The position numbers were made by a program, and so were the translations under genes. Under the pieces are notes generated by a model. The model was not told the origin of the DNA. It was given only the letters and a program-made list of their open reading frames with translations, and ran no database searches. Shown here piece after piece: positions 11,701-26,302 of a DNA stretch of 64,000 nucleotides. Each line of letters begins with the position of its first letter. Positions within the stretch are counted from its first letter, which is position 1. The stretch spans positions 98,194 through 162,193 of the forward strand of contig NMRA01000488.1 in the NCBI GenBank assembly GCA_002633005.1, read 5' to 3'. This stretch comes from Phoronis australis (lineage: Eukaryota > Animalia > Phoronida).

Positions 11701-14700
11701 TTTTCAGAGGTAACTATAGGTCAGGTGATGTAACCAACATATGGCCTGTATGAAAACTAATTCTTGCATATTTGTGTATTCGGCTTTGGGCACAATCTAG
11801 ACTGAGTCTCAGAATTTGAATGCCCTTTGCCTTAAATTGGATCCATGTAATGGAACATGACACAGAACTCCTCCTAACATGAGAGACATTGGCAACAGAA
11901 CATCAAATACATTCAAGTACCAGACACATGCTGAAATTTCAAACCTCCACAGTCTCGCAAATGCAGTACGGAAATATTTGAATGTGAAAACAGGAACTGT
12001 AGTTTTATGTAGTGGTATCAGAAAATTGTTAGCATTTAATGTAATGGACAATGTAAAACAAATAGATTTGTCAGGAACATTGATTTTGTTCAAGTATGCA
12101 TGATTTTCTACATAACCTCAAATGACATGCTATTCAAGAACAACACACGACATACCAACGAAGCAACGTGCAGTCAATCATTAATACGATTTTTAAGCAT
12201 GATTGACCACCAGACCAAACAGTGGCGCCAAAAAACATTTAGAAAGTTTACAAATAGCTGTTTACTAGTGTCTACCCAACTGGGACCAGTGTACCCAACT
12301 TCTAAATTATTCAAATTGTTTTCTATAGTAACATGGTGGATTTCTCCAGTTTTTCAGTTTGTAACGATGTAACAACTTTGCTCTCTAAGTCAGAGTCTGT
12401 ATCAAATTTTGGAAATAGAGGGAATATAAGGTGTTTCAAATTCAAGTTGGCTTTTTTGACAATTTCCTGAACTACCAAGTCTGTTTTCAGCCAAAACCCA
12501 GTATCCACATTTGAGAAATTTGATAATACCAAAATCACCCATGTTACAGTGTTCTAAATAGTTCTACACTGGAGTAGTTTTACCGGAATTAGACTGCAAC
12601 AGAACAACACACACTGTATACTGGAAAAAGGAGACGAATCATGATCAATGGATAATACGAGACAATAATCAAAAAAATATGAAACAAATTTTCAGTCTGC
12701 AGTTTTTACAACTTATCAATTGATGCAAAAGCAGCTTTTTGGGCGAACACTGCTTTTCTAATTTACTATCATAAAAATGGCAAGCTAAGGTAAAAAAAGT
12801 CGTTCTAAAATGTCACCAAATATCGAAGCACTGACCACCGAGAGCTGCTGGACATTCTGGTCAAAGACCTCACGGGGGGGGGGGAGGTCTCTGATGTTTT
12901 CAACACAGGAATGAGGTTGTTTTCGAAGAAAACTACACTGGGGATTATATTTTGGTAAAAATCCTGTGCATACCGGTAAGTGCATTTTGCTATAAAGTTA
13001 CAGTGGCGGTACAAGCATTTATGCCACCATGCATCACGTTTTACGCGAAAATATCACAATAGGGAAGACATCACAAAGCCATGAGTGAGACAACCTAATC
13101 TAAAAGTGGATCAAAGTAAATACACTACATCTATTACATACCCAGAGAACAAAATCTTCACAAATGACCAAACCAAGCAAAGTTCTCTCAGTCATAATGT
13201 AAACAGGACATTCCAAGTCTATGATCCTTCCCTCACTCAAAAACAGTGGCCTGAAGTTACACCCCTCAAGTTACAGGCTAATGTTAATAACAAATAAATT
13301 ACAGATTACAGCCAGTGAATAACAAAAATAACTACCTACAGAATAGTTACCCCCAGGAGATCACAAAAGGATACCAACAGACACTCAGGTCAAAAAGTTC
13401 AATAGAAGAATGAAATGCCATTACGTCCTTGAAACTTCTTCAATTTAGCAATAAGGTAAACGATGAATTTTCAAATTGTCACATTTCTTGACAAACATTT
13501 TCACATCACACTTAATTTTGGAGATTTTCGGGAAGAAATTTTGTTTTCTTTGACGACTTGATAGGGGAAACAATTTCCATATCGAATGTCCCCAACAAGA
13601 ATAGTTTTGATTAATAATAATAACAACACTGAATTAGCTTAAATTAAAAGCTACTTGGCAACCAAACCCCAATCACTGTTTTATGCTTGGTTCCTGTGTA
13701 TGTATTTCTGGAAAATTGCTAATACAAAAAATCCTTAAGCTCAAAATAATGTAAACATTCATCCAACAGCAGGATGCCACGGAATTTTTTTTTAATTTGA
13801 AATGCTGACATGTTTCAACAACCCTCCTGAGCAAAGCTTATTGAACTCACTTAGCCAAAGGCCATCGAGTCAATTCCCAAAGTCAGTGAACAAAAAATAT
13901 CAGAGACTTCCTCAAGTCCCCAGACACATATAATGGGAAAAAATGACCAAGAGCAAAGTTTAACAATGTTGGGAATAAATTTTATGCTCACCATATCACA
14001 CAATACAAAAGTGAAAACCCAAGAAAACAAAAGGCAAAAAGAATAGTTACCATTTCCTCTGTGTCAGAACGAGATTCACCGAGCTCTGCTAATGTTAGTG
14101 TATACCTTGAGAAATGATGTATTTTCGTGTTCTTTTTCGTAAATATGCTACACAACTTACAAGTCATCTCTGCAGAAGACTAAAGACTGTTTCCAGGTAA
14201 GTGTAGCGTGCTGATGTAAATTAATAGCCTCCAGGTGCAACAGCAAACATCAGAAATAGATTTAACTAACAGCTTGCTAAATTATGGACAAACACACTGC
14301 AGATGGCGGCATTTATGGTAGATTCGCACAATTTCTTATCTACTCAACGTAAATACAGTTAAAAGTCATGTGATAGGTTATTTGCCCTTCTGAAACAATG
14401 TTGCCACAAAATGAACTTTTACTCCTTGAAAATTTCTTGTCAGACATCTTGCTCTCATAGTTTCCGGTGAAGAAACTTCTGAACACATTTCGCTTGCTGC
14501 TGACCACCAAAAATCAACCCAAAATAATTGCCAAACTGCAACTTTTTGATTTTTCAAATAATTACGGTTTTACCAAATTCTTTTACGGGGGGCACAGCAC
14601 AACCAGTACTAATAACGGAGCAGAATTTTATTACTGTTGTGAAATTTTATCCAAAAATTTCTACTGTCCCATCATATTGCTGGCCAAATACACAAAGGTG

Positions 14701-17700
14701 ATGTTTGGTAACTATTTACCCATTTGGCACAAAATATGCCGTACGACTAAAATTATATTTTAAGAAATTCCTCCAATAAATTCATATTAAAAAATGTTAA
14801 AGTCAATTCTAAGCTTGGATTATACTGTGTAGATCACGCAAAAACACAATTGGTCTGACTGGTGTCTATCATTTTCAGCAAGAAAATCTGCCTTAGAAAT
14901 TCAAAAAAACGACCATTTTGGCACTAATGTCTATGCAAAATTACTTAATACAGGATGCAAATATCGTCAAGCCCGAATGTCCACAAGTCAACCAGAACCA
15001 CCCGAATCTTGCAGGGGACACAAAACAATTATGCTTCAGTGACTTCCAACAGTATATCCTTAACACAATTCCAAAAAAGAGATCATATAAAAACTGGTTA
15101 GCCAACTGTGCAGTGAAGATTTATGGTGAGTGACTGTCTGGGGCAGGACAATAAAGGAGCTGACAGCTGCACAATAAGACCATCCATCCATGCCTCAATG
15201 AGTTTTATGATAAAGCAATACTTGTTTAGGGTAATAGGATTTTGATCCATTCACCTAACAAAAACAGACATTACACCTAATTTCACACATTATGATACTG
15301 GATATCCTTATTTCTAGACATGTATCCAGCTAAAGCTCTCAGTTACTTGCAGCAGGTTTAGCAACAGAAACAGTATACAGCTGAATCAGACTTGTATTTA
15401 TGTGACTCTAAAACATGATGTCCAAAATAATTGCTCAAACGTATGTAGGGTATAACCATGCCTTGTATTTCAGTAACAGTGTGGTAAAACTTCTGCAATT
15501 TGAGGCAGTGAAAATTGAATTAATTTGCTCCGGAACTTGTATCAAATTCTAGAAATAGACAACATTGGGGGTCCTAAATTCTAGAATCACCGGAAAGACG
15601 GCAAAATTACCCACACTGAGGAATAAAAACACAGTGGAAATTTGATGAATACCCAAATTGCCATAGTCCCAAATTCTAATGACAATTCAAATTGGAAAAG
15701 ATTTTACCATACTTAAATTGCTATACAGCTGCTGGACTCGAGTTGGCCAATAAGATCGTTAAAATTCAATATAAAATCATTTTTGAATGTAGAATCTAAG
15801 AGCAAATAATGATCTTTGACACAAATATCCCAAATCTGCACGCTCTAACAACAATCGAAGATCGTATTTTCCAGGGACACCGCTTAAACTTTTTTGCGAC
15901 TTTTGTTAGAGTGCAAGGAAGCATGGCTTCAAGGGCTTTTTGTACTCCGATAACAAACCGTGATTCGTTTCGATACATAAAATATAAAAAAATCTGTTTA
16001 ACTTGAACTTTAGCCCTCTTATTTGCCAATTTCGGTCCAGCAAAGTTTAAACGGAAACAAATGGTACACTTGCAGATATTACCATTATAAAACAGCAGAT
16101 AAAATTCTGATATACAATCAAAACATAAAATTATTTATCGCTGCAAATGTTTAAACAAAATACATCATCTTTTATCAAAATACCTCTGTGAAAACCTCAA
16201 TGTGCTTTGCTTGTAAATATAATGCAGAAGTTCTGTTCCTGAAACTCAGTTACTTTCTCCTGCAACCTGCGACACAACAGGTTAAAAAAAGTGGCCCACA
16301 TTTCTTATCATTTCACAAACTCCAGAAATGCTTCAGTAGGAAGTTATCACCATTTTCAGAATCACGTGAAAGGCTACACATCCTGGGTGCTGCTCTTAGT
16401 CACAAACACAATGTCTGTGTACTCTTGTTCAGAGTCTATAGAGAGTTGCAATCACATGGGATGAGACACAATGGAATAGACAGCTGGTGACTGAATATTA
16501 ATGAACCCTTTGTCTGCTGGCGAATAAAGCAGCACATAGTAACATAGTCATTTGATGCATAATTTAACTAAAACACCAGGTTAAATATTGAACAGTTAAT
16601 GTAGATAGACAACCAGGGTTATTTTTCCAATATTACAGTGACATATTGGAATAACCTGTGTCAGATGGTGACAAAGTATTTTGTGGGCTAACGTTCAGCG
16701 CCACCTATAGTTCACATGTGATTTGGATGGAGCGAAGGCAAGCCATCAACCTGTTATGTAGTGAGATGTTAAAATGGTTCTCACAAAATATCCATGAACA
16801 AAAGAAATAACATTTCGCGTCCAGTAACTCGACCAGTCATGTCCTCCAGACTGAAATCTGGTCAAGAAGAAGTAACTTTCGTGTTCTCACAAGACTAAAG
16901 AGCAGTGTGTTTATAAAGCCAATCTATGATAACAAAACACGATAAAGCTGGTCCAGATTTAAAACTGCATGAAATGACAATAGAGTTTTGGACAGTCATC
17001 TAAAAATCTTGCAACCTTTCACAAAATATTGCAATCAATTGAAATCCTGGTAAAAATGTGCAGGAGCTTCTAAAATTTCTGCATGGCCTTATAACCAACA
17101 TACCATCAACGGAACTAACTTTTAATTGACACCACTTACCACTGATGTTGCTCCGAATTCAGGGAGAGGTGGTTTTTGGTTTTGGAAAAGTACTGACGGT
17201 TCACTATTGATTGATACCATGACCAGCAGTGACAAGCCAACTAATGTAGATGGTGGCCTCAAACAATGGCAAACTGACAATTCTTAAGTCCCCTCGATAC
17301 ACAGCCTACCCTAGAACGACTTGCATTAGTGTGGCGTCCACACACATATCCAAACACTGGGGTACGGCGGAATTTGTCTTTAGCAAACTAGTTGAATCAG
17401 TATAATTTGACTAAGGGACAATTTCAGACTACATTTCATAACTGTAAGTGGTTTAAATCAAAGTTATTTTTTTGATAGAGAGCGTGTTTGTACAACTGCT
17501 TTGTATTGGCTTTTGACAGTATACACAGATCTAAAACCATGAACAGAGTGTGTCACCAGAAAGTTTCATTGCTGCAAATTTTAAGAGTCATGCTTTCCCT
17601 TGAAGTCTCAATATAAACAATTTCTTAAAGACTAAAATTTGCACTAATCCAATTGTAATACTCCTAAAATCACTCCAGTTAATTTCAACCTTACCTTCTT

Positions 17701-20700
17701 GAAGCTAAGAATGGGATAACCAGACCTTAAGTCCTGGCTTATTTTGACAGAGTTCAGTATGACTCATTCACTTTGTGGGGGTGACCATGATTCAAATTCA
17801 ACAAAACTATTTATCAGCTTACACCACACAGGAAAGCCTTACTGTACCTCTGAATACCACAAATGCAAACAAGTACTTGAAGAGACATTATCCCACTATA
17901 AAACTTGATACTTCTGAGATTTTACAGCAGTGACTTACTTAGCTCAACACAGCGAAAATGTAATCAACACCAACTGAATCCGCATGGACCACTCAATAAC
18001 ATCATAGACTATGATCTATGATAACATGTAGACATAATCTGTTAACATTGAATTGAAATCTACAATTGGAAATAGTCCATTACCTTTTTAGGTTGCCGCT
18101 GAACTAATATTTGCCTAGATGATCCCTGCAAACTTACCATTTACATATTCAAACTTCACCAAGACACAAGTGCTATCAGAGATAGGAATAACTCATTTTT
18201 TACCTGCGTTTGACCTACATGAACTGAGTAGCCTCACATTGCGGATATTTCCACTTGACCTTTATAAAAACCAAACACTAATCAGGTTAACATTCAATAC
18301 TTTCAAAGGTGTATTCAAAATAACTAAAGGCTGGCGCCCTTGTTTTTTAACAACAGGTAGCCTGTTATTTGCCTACTTGATTTAACCCACACTCCGATCA
18401 TCAAAAGGTAAATGTATGAGGCCATATAATTCAAATGTTTTCTGTGTTTCTGGCTCAAGATTATACAGTATAGCAAAAAGAAAGCTGCCATGCAGATTGA
18501 AACAAAGTAGATTATTTACATACACTATTCACGCAAATCAGTGATTGTTTACCTGAGAAAACGATCAACTACAACTGACAAACATGTAAATCGAGAGGAA
18601 ATAAAAACTGCATCGAAACCAACGCCAAATCGTTTCACCTACAGTTGATTAAAAAGTAGGAGAGAGACATACCAAGACCTTGCACACAAATCTTTATCAT
18701 TCACATACAGTAAACCTTGACCTGCAGTGTGTCACCTGGTGGCCAGATAGCAAACATGAGTTTTTGAACAACGAAGCAGTATCTACAAAACGAAATGCAT
18801 AGATAGGGCTTTGCTGTTTCTGCTACTCGACAAATACCTCATTCATAAGCTGGCTAAAACTTTAGCATTTTCGTAAGTGCTTTCGGCGCCAGCAAAATGC
18901 CAATATTGTGAACAGTTACAAGCGATGCTTCTGAGGGTTGTTAGAGTTGTAAAACCCAAAACTGGTGGCACATTTTTGCCATCACTTTTGTCGCCATACT
19001 TCAAAGGACAGGAAAGGAGGCCTTTGTTTATCCAAGATTTAATCAATTTATGACAGAGATTGAACCTGTTTTTTAACATCAACCTTCACTTAGAAATAAA
19101 TTCGGGTGACGAGGAAATAAAGTAACCGTAGGCAAAAATGATCCCTAGCTGTCTGGCTAAATCATTAGCATTTCCCTGAACCTGCTAGCATTTTCACCAC
19201 AAACGCGGACCTAGTAATACTAAGAGTCATTATTCACGCTTTTCAAACACAAAATCCCATGAGCTTCAAAACATTTTGCCCAACATAATATGTCATCCAT
19301 ACCCTGTTTCTAAAACCAATCAGACAGAGTAACACTGTGACAGGGAACAGACTCAGCAAAAGTAAAACAGATGCCTCATAACATTACAAAAGTACATGTC
19401 ACATAATCCAGGGTAGCTGTGACACTCCCTCATACAACCTGGAATTCACGGCTGAATAACATCTACCCTACTTACGGAAACAGTAACTGCATGTAAAGGA
19501 AGGAGATGAAAGGGACACAATTCTTCCCAACATTAACATAGGAGTAAAACAATGATGAACCCTCACCTGAGCTGACCTAAGAGCAGGTGTATAGTGACAG
19601 CCTGAACAAGTCCTACCACTAGTGAACATTCAACTTATGTGTTCAGCCTGACCTAGCTCACACAATGATAGAGTATTATTATCGAGCAGCAATGAGCTAG
19701 TTATTGAAATATCACATCCTATCACAGATGCATTTATTGATGAGTTTAACACATGGCCAACTCTAGAGTGAAATGAGAGGGATTCCTTTCATATTTCTTT
19801 TCAGGATCTAGTGAAGAATGTCAAGCCCAGATAGGGGAGAGATAAAATGCACCTGTTTTGAGGATCTGCTGGTCTAGTATTTGAACAATGAAGCAATTCA
19901 CTACCCCTGAAAGGTCTTCAATACATGACACAAGATGGCTTAAAAAAGGAAGTAATTCATTTTGTGAAAATATTCAACGCACATTGCATATACAGAGTTC
20001 TATATCCATTTAGCACATATTATGGAGGAAAAGTGAAATTTTATTTCCTCAAATTTCTAAACAAAAATAAATTTTAAGCTGTTCTTTGCTTTGTTTGCAC
20101 TGTGCAACATTCATAAAAAAGATCTGCTAAAGTTTATACCGTATTATCTATTTGCACCACAGCAATCAGTCTTTGAAAACTAAAAAATGACAACTTTGAC
20201 AACTACTTTTCTGCAAAATTAGTGAATAAGTATACTTAAACTTTGTTGTTATCATAGTCAATGCAATAGACAGCAGTGTAATAAGCTTTTTTAAAGAAAA
20301 TGAAAATTTTTAATATTTTTTGCTACAATGAAGAATACTGCTAACAGATTTGTTGCAGATCAAGGCCACTTAGAAGAAGATACAAAATTGGCTACGCAAG
20401 GACTGGCCTATGATGAAAAGAAATTTTATGAAAAATAATGAATTAAAAGTTGTCTATGTGCAAGCCAGGAGATCAATTCTAAGTAACGAACAAGACCGGA
20501 CAAATTTTACAATGGTCTGTGGCCTTACTCAAACGCTTAACAGAAAGCATGACTTAATACTGCTTTAAAACTTTCAATTAAACACTGACGAATTGTAATT
20601 TAAAAATGTGGAATGAATTAAATCTTAAAAAGTTTAAATGTAATAGTAGTTATCAAAATTAAGATTACCATTAAACTGTTGGTTAAAGCTATGGAGGAAA

Positions 20701-20859
20701 CTAGAAAAATTTCCAAATTTTGCTCACATCATATCTCAGAAATAACTGATTGATTATAATGCTCCATTATAGCAAGAGGGGCTATCAAAAATAAGATTTT
20801 CGCGAAATTTTTTTAAAGTTGCGTGAAATGAAAACCAAAATATTTTAGAAAACTATAAC

Positions 20860-21105
20860 TGAGATCTCACTTTGAACATTTATATCAAATAAAATGCGAT
20901 CATGTTATTGGTGTCGCTGTTTTGTTATCTGTGTACCTTTCATTTTAGCTAAATTTTAATAGAGGCACGGTCACGTGATTCAATTAATTGGAAACAGTCA
21001 AAAATCAAATTCTACAGGCTATCTATTTTCAAAAACATATACTTTTAATGAGTTAAATATATGGTTTTGTAAATATTTGACTAAATACACATACCTGTCA
21101 ATAAG
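20860..21105. repeat. Dispersed repeat, inverted homolog of 31790..32042
   Basis: Blocks such as AAATATTTGACTAAATAC and ATATACTTTTAATGAGTTAAA match the reverse complement of 31790..32042. Confidence 0.65.
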
Positions 21106-23076
21106 GTGTAACACTAACATAACTTTGAATCAGCGATTCATATGAACAAAGTTATAAACTTGTTATGGTCCACTGCATTTATATTACACGGATACAATTA
21201 AACTTTTTTATTGCAGGAAACCAAAAATTATTTTCATTAAAATAGTTCAAAAAGTGAATTTGAGATCGTCAATCAATGTAAATTATTTTTGAAACAACTG
21301 TATCAAAGATCTAGTAGTGTGTGATTTCAAAAGTTATTAGGGTGTTAAAACATATTATAAACGAAGAAATTCTCATGAAATCCATTGACAAAAACTCATG
21401 AAAATACACGCTGGTCAAGATCTCAATGACAGTCTGAAACTTTAGATTTGCTGGTAAGTCAGAAGTGAGATTCATCAAGGAATGATTGAATAACAAGGAC
21501 GTCTATTCCAACTCGACTAAGCATGTTTGACATGCAGCAATTTAAAACTTGGGTAAGCACTTCACATAGCAACGAACATGCAATATCAGAATAATTAAGT
21601 GAAATTGCTATACAGTAAACATATTCTGGCAAATGGCCAAAGTACAAAAATAAATTTCGACAGACAAAAACCATGATGGACATCAGCCACAGTTGGCGGT
21701 GATATCAATGCTAACGAGTTTAAAGTATAAGTAACCATTTTTGTCCAGTCAGATGCAATTGTATTAGGCTACTACCAGAGAGGGGCCGTGCAGACAACAT
21801 GGCTCAATAATGGATCAACACTTAGCACTGCGAGTCCTGAATAGCTGAAATTTGTGTGACCAAGAGATAAAAAATTGCATCGTCATGCTCATGACAGTAG
21901 AATAATTTCCCATCGCTGACATTCACCTGAAAAACAACAGTGCAATACATTCCACCCCATTGAGCACCACCTTTTGATAAGCTTGAGCGCCACCTTTTGG
22001 TAAGCTTGAGCATCACCGTTTGGTAAGCTTCCATTTTCAATCACCTAGTCGTGAAACTTTTAAATTTAGACAATGGAAGTATTGATTGTAAAACTTTCTT
22101 GTGATTTAAAATAAAAAAGTTTTGCTGAATACTTAGCATAACATTTTATTTGCTTGAACAGAAAATTAGTAGTGTCTCTTGACCCCAATATCCTGCGCAA
22201 CTTCCCTCGGTATACTTCCTGTAGTATTTGGCTTATCTGCTTGGAAGCGGCGTGACAACTTTGTGGTGACCTTCACTTTTTATCGGGTCGCCAAATGAAA
22301 TCTGAAGTCACATAAGCGACCTGCTTGTTGAGCCATTTTGTTATATAATTAAAATTTAAAATCAATTCACTGTGAGATGATTTTTCACAGAGAAGTGATA
22401 CATAGCAACTCTCGGGGAAACGGTGTTGTGGTGGCCACGCTGCAAAAATCAAGCACAGGTGTGCGTTATTGCAATTTAGGTGAGAAGCGCACTGTTTTAA
22501 CATAAGCAACTACCGTAGTGAAAAATCACCGTGTGTGGATGTTTTTTTTCAACCGCTTAACATTTTTAACGGCCATCAAAGTCGGTGGCGAACTGCTGCC
22601 AAATTACGCTATCAGTAGCTGCAGCAATTGTAGGTACTTTGCATCTGTTTCATGAAATGGCGATGAGAAAAAGACGGTTAATGAACTAAATTTTTTTCCT
22701 CTAAGTAATTACTAGAACGAGTCCTACTTGTGTCCCTTACGGCTGTTTATAAAAACACAATCTGATGAAAATCATTTTCTTACATCACTCTCCCGCTTTT
22801 GTACTAAAGAAAATAAGACGCTGAGTTCAAAGCATCACGCTTATGACAAGTGCTATATTCGGTTTGGTAAAGTGACATCTTTTGTGAGATGATTCCCCCA
22901 GAATTTCTGTTTGCTGTCACTAAAGTACTCAAAACCAGGTAACAAACTGAAATCACTCTTGCTAATTTGTTGTGAACTGTGCGTAATCATTGGCTTAAAG
23001 AATAGTTGAAAACAGAGATTGGCTAATAGGTAACGCTCAATTTCATGGCACCCAAAGTTCACTCACATATGATCAC

Positions 23077-23237
23077 CAGTGGTGGATTTAAGGGGGGGCC
23101 AGGGGGGCCATGCTTCCCCCCCCCTAAAATTCTCCCATATTCCATTTGCCAATACGGGGATCCGAATGTCTGATGGGCAAAATCCTGATTAATACTATGC
23201 CCTTCCTCCCCAACTCAAAATCCTGGATCCGCCCCTG
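23077..23237. mobile_element. MITE with CAG..CTG ends and 5-bp TSD (hAT-like), copy in unit 1
   Basis: CAGTGGTGGATT ... GATCCGCCCCTG, flanked by ATCAC on both sides. Confidence 0.7.
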
Positions 23238-24713
23238 ATCACTCCACAAATTTAACTACAAAACAGCAGACTTACAAAAACCAAAGTAGCTTAGTCAAGG
23301 AAGAGTGTAGTTTTTAATGGGATTAACTTTCTGCAACATTATGTTTTATTCACTTTTACTCAGATCGTTTTCAATCAGTATACAGTTTTGGACACCAAGG
23401 TTATATCACCCCCCCCCCTTTCCCNATATTTGTCCAGTGAGATGCAATTGTATTAGGCTACTACCAGAGACTGGCCGTACAGACAACATGGCTCAATATT
23501 GGATCAACACTTAGCGCTGCGAGTCCTGAATAGCTAAAATTTGTGTGACAGAGAGATAAAAATTACATCGTCATGCTCATGACAGTAGAATAATTTCCTA
23601 TAACCAGCATTCACTTGAAAAACAACAGTTCAATACATTCCACCCCATTGAGCACCACCTTTTGGCAAGCTTGAGCACCACCGTTTGGTAAGCTTCCATT
23701 TTTAATTACCAAATCGTGAAACTTTTAAATTTAGACAATGGAGGTATTGATTGTAAAACTTTCTTGCGATTTAAAATAAAAATGTTTTACTCAATACTTA
23801 GCATAACATTTTATTTGCTTGAACGGAAAATTAGTAGTGTCTCTTGACCCCAATATCCTGCGCAACTTCCCACGGTATTCTTCCTGTAGTATTTGGCGTA
23901 CCTGCTTGGAAGCAGCGTGACAACTTTGTGGCGACCTTCAATTTTTATCAGGTCGCCAAATGAAATCTGAGGTCACATAAGCGACCTGCTTGTTGAGTTG
24001 TTTTGTTGAATAATTAAAATTTAAAATCAATTCACTGTGAGAAGATGTTTCACAGAGAAGTGACACATAGCAACTCTTTGGGAAACGGTGTTGTGGTGGC
24101 CACGCAGCAAAAATCAAGCACAGGTGTGCGTTATTGCAATTTAGGTGAGAAGCGCACTGTTTTAACATAAGCAACTACCGTATTGAAAAATCAACGCATG
24201 TGGATGTTTTTTTTTCAACCGCTTAACATTTTTAACGGCCATCAAAGTCGGTGGAGAACTGCTGCCAAATTACGCTATCAGTTGTAGGTACTTTGCATCT
24301 GTTTCACGAAATGGCAATGAGAAAAAGACGGTTAATGATCTAAATTTGTTTTCCTCTAAGTAATTACTAGAACAAGTCCTACTTGTGTCCCTTATGGCTG
24401 ATGAAAGTCATTTTCTTACATCACTCTCCCACTTTTATACTAAAGAAAAATCAGACGCTGAGTTCAAAGCAGCACGCTCATGACAAGTGCTATTTTCGGT
24501 TTGGTAAAGTGACATCTTTTGCGAGATGATTCCCCCAGAATATCTGTTTGCTGTCACTAAAGTACTCAAAACCAGGTAACAAACTGAAATCACTCTTGCT
24601 AATTTGTTGTGAACTGTGCGTAATCGTTGGCTTAAAGAATAGTTGAAAACAGAGATTGGCTAATAGGTAACGCTCAATTTCATGGCACCCAAAGTTCACT
24701 CACATATGATCAC

Positions 24714-24874
24714 CAGTGGTGGATTTAAGGGGGGGCCAGGGGGGCCATGCTTCCCCCCCCCTAAAATTCTCCCATATTCCATTTGCCAATACGGGGATCC
24801 GAATGTCTGATGGGCAAAATCCTGATTAATACTATGCCCTTCCTCCCCAACTCAAAATCCTGGATCCGCCCCTG
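24714..24874. mobile_element. Same MITE, copy in unit 2
   Basis: Appears identical to 23077..23237, with the same ATCAC flanks. Confidence 0.7.
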
Positions 24875-26019
24875 ATCACTCCACAAATTTAACTACAAAA
24901 CAGCAGACTTACAAAAACCAAAGTAGCTTAGTCAAGGAAGAGTGTAGTTTTTAATGGGATTAACTTTCTGCAACATTATGTTTTATTCACTTTTACTCAG
25001 ATCGTTTTCAATCAGTATACAGTTTTGGACACCAAGGTTATATCACCCCCCCCCCTTTCCCTTGCACGACTGAGGGTAGTGTTGTGAATTTTCAGTTCGC
25101 GATGTGATATGAAGTTGTTTAGTGAGTGCGCTCAGACGCATGTACAGAAAACAGTTACACGGCACTAGTCTGAAGGTGTGCATGTTTCTCTGTACTACTA
25201 ATGATTCTTCGTACCTCACTGAATGGACGCGCGAAAAGCAATCTCTAAACATTTTCAAAAATGTAACTGAATTTGCACATGTGCGACATCGAAGGTGATA
25301 TACTTTGAGCTCAACATCACCTACCCAGTACCAGGAGCCTTCGCTATGAAAGAAAAAAAAGCGAACAAGATCATGGTTAATTGCCAATTTACTGGAAATT
25401 AAACTGGCTATAACTTGAGTCATGAAAGCGAATTTTGCTGTTCATCAAAATTTTGCTGTTCGTCAAAAATCTCAAATCAAGGCATTTTTAATGCAGCTAC
25501 TGTCATTGACTTGACTTGGTTCTCGTGAGGGTTTCCAGGTGCATCAGTGAGTTTCATAGAATGATGAAAATATTGAATTTTAATGTTTTAAGGCTCACTT
25601 CCGCCTTATTAGTAGACTTTCAGACAAGTGCACCTTCGGCTTCGGCCTAGTGGCCTAGTGCACCTTTGGATTTAAGTGCATCTCCGCACTAGTGCACCGT
25701 CGTACTAGTGAGCTGATCCCACACAAAATTACCAAAGCGTCGTGCGCTGAATGTACCACAGGATGATGAATTTTCGAATGACTCATAACCATATAAGGAA
25801 ACATGTTTTGTCAGTGATTGCTGCATCAGTGGTGATCCAGCCCCAGGAGCAGATGAACTCAAATGCCTGTGGCATGTACAATAATTTTTACCCACTAAAG
25901 TCATCAATGCATTGATGAGGGCTCTTAAACTAGGCATTCCCTTCATTTTTAGAAATAACCCAGAAAATTGTGAACATCACTTGAAGTAAACACTGGTAAA
26001 TTCCGCATATCGCTCTTAC

Positions 26020-26302
26020 CTCACTTCTTTTGTTGGCTTACCCGCTAACGCCATTTAAACCTGCCGCTTATAAAAAGAGTAATTGTAAACAATAAGTTGC
26101 TAGATTCTCCTTGTTATTTTTTCTTAGGTCAAATTAAAAATGTTAAGCCATTCATAATGTTCCAGGACAGCAAAAAATTGACTGTGATAAACTATAACAA
26201 TAAAATATCATACAATGTCAATAATAATAAACCAAGAATTCGCCACTAGAGGGAGTATTTCTTTTCTCTACAAGTCATCAGCTGTCGTGACCGAACAAAT
26301 TT
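26020..26302. promoter_or_regulatory. Probable bidirectional promoter with divergent first exons
   Basis: Minus-strand donors GAG|GTAAGA (26019) and CGG|GTAAGC (26041); plus-strand donor TTT|GTAAGT (26303). TCT-like initiators on both strands (26072..26079 minus, 26258..26265 plus), YY1-like AAATGGCG, and CTCF-like CCACTAGAGGGAG at 26243. Confidence 0.55.

Larger units (their letters stand above)
21741..25061. repeat. ~1.65-kb direct tandem duplication (21741..23424 and 23430..25061) joined at an N
   Basis: Colinear copies with SNPs and indels. The ORF pairs 22273/23938 and 22853/24490 are duplicates. There is an n at 23425. Confidence 0.95.

Noticed and set aside
22273-24699. Duplicated short ORFs as a paralogous gene pair
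   Set aside because: Non-ATG starts, no splice or protein motifs; they are a by-product of the tandem duplication.
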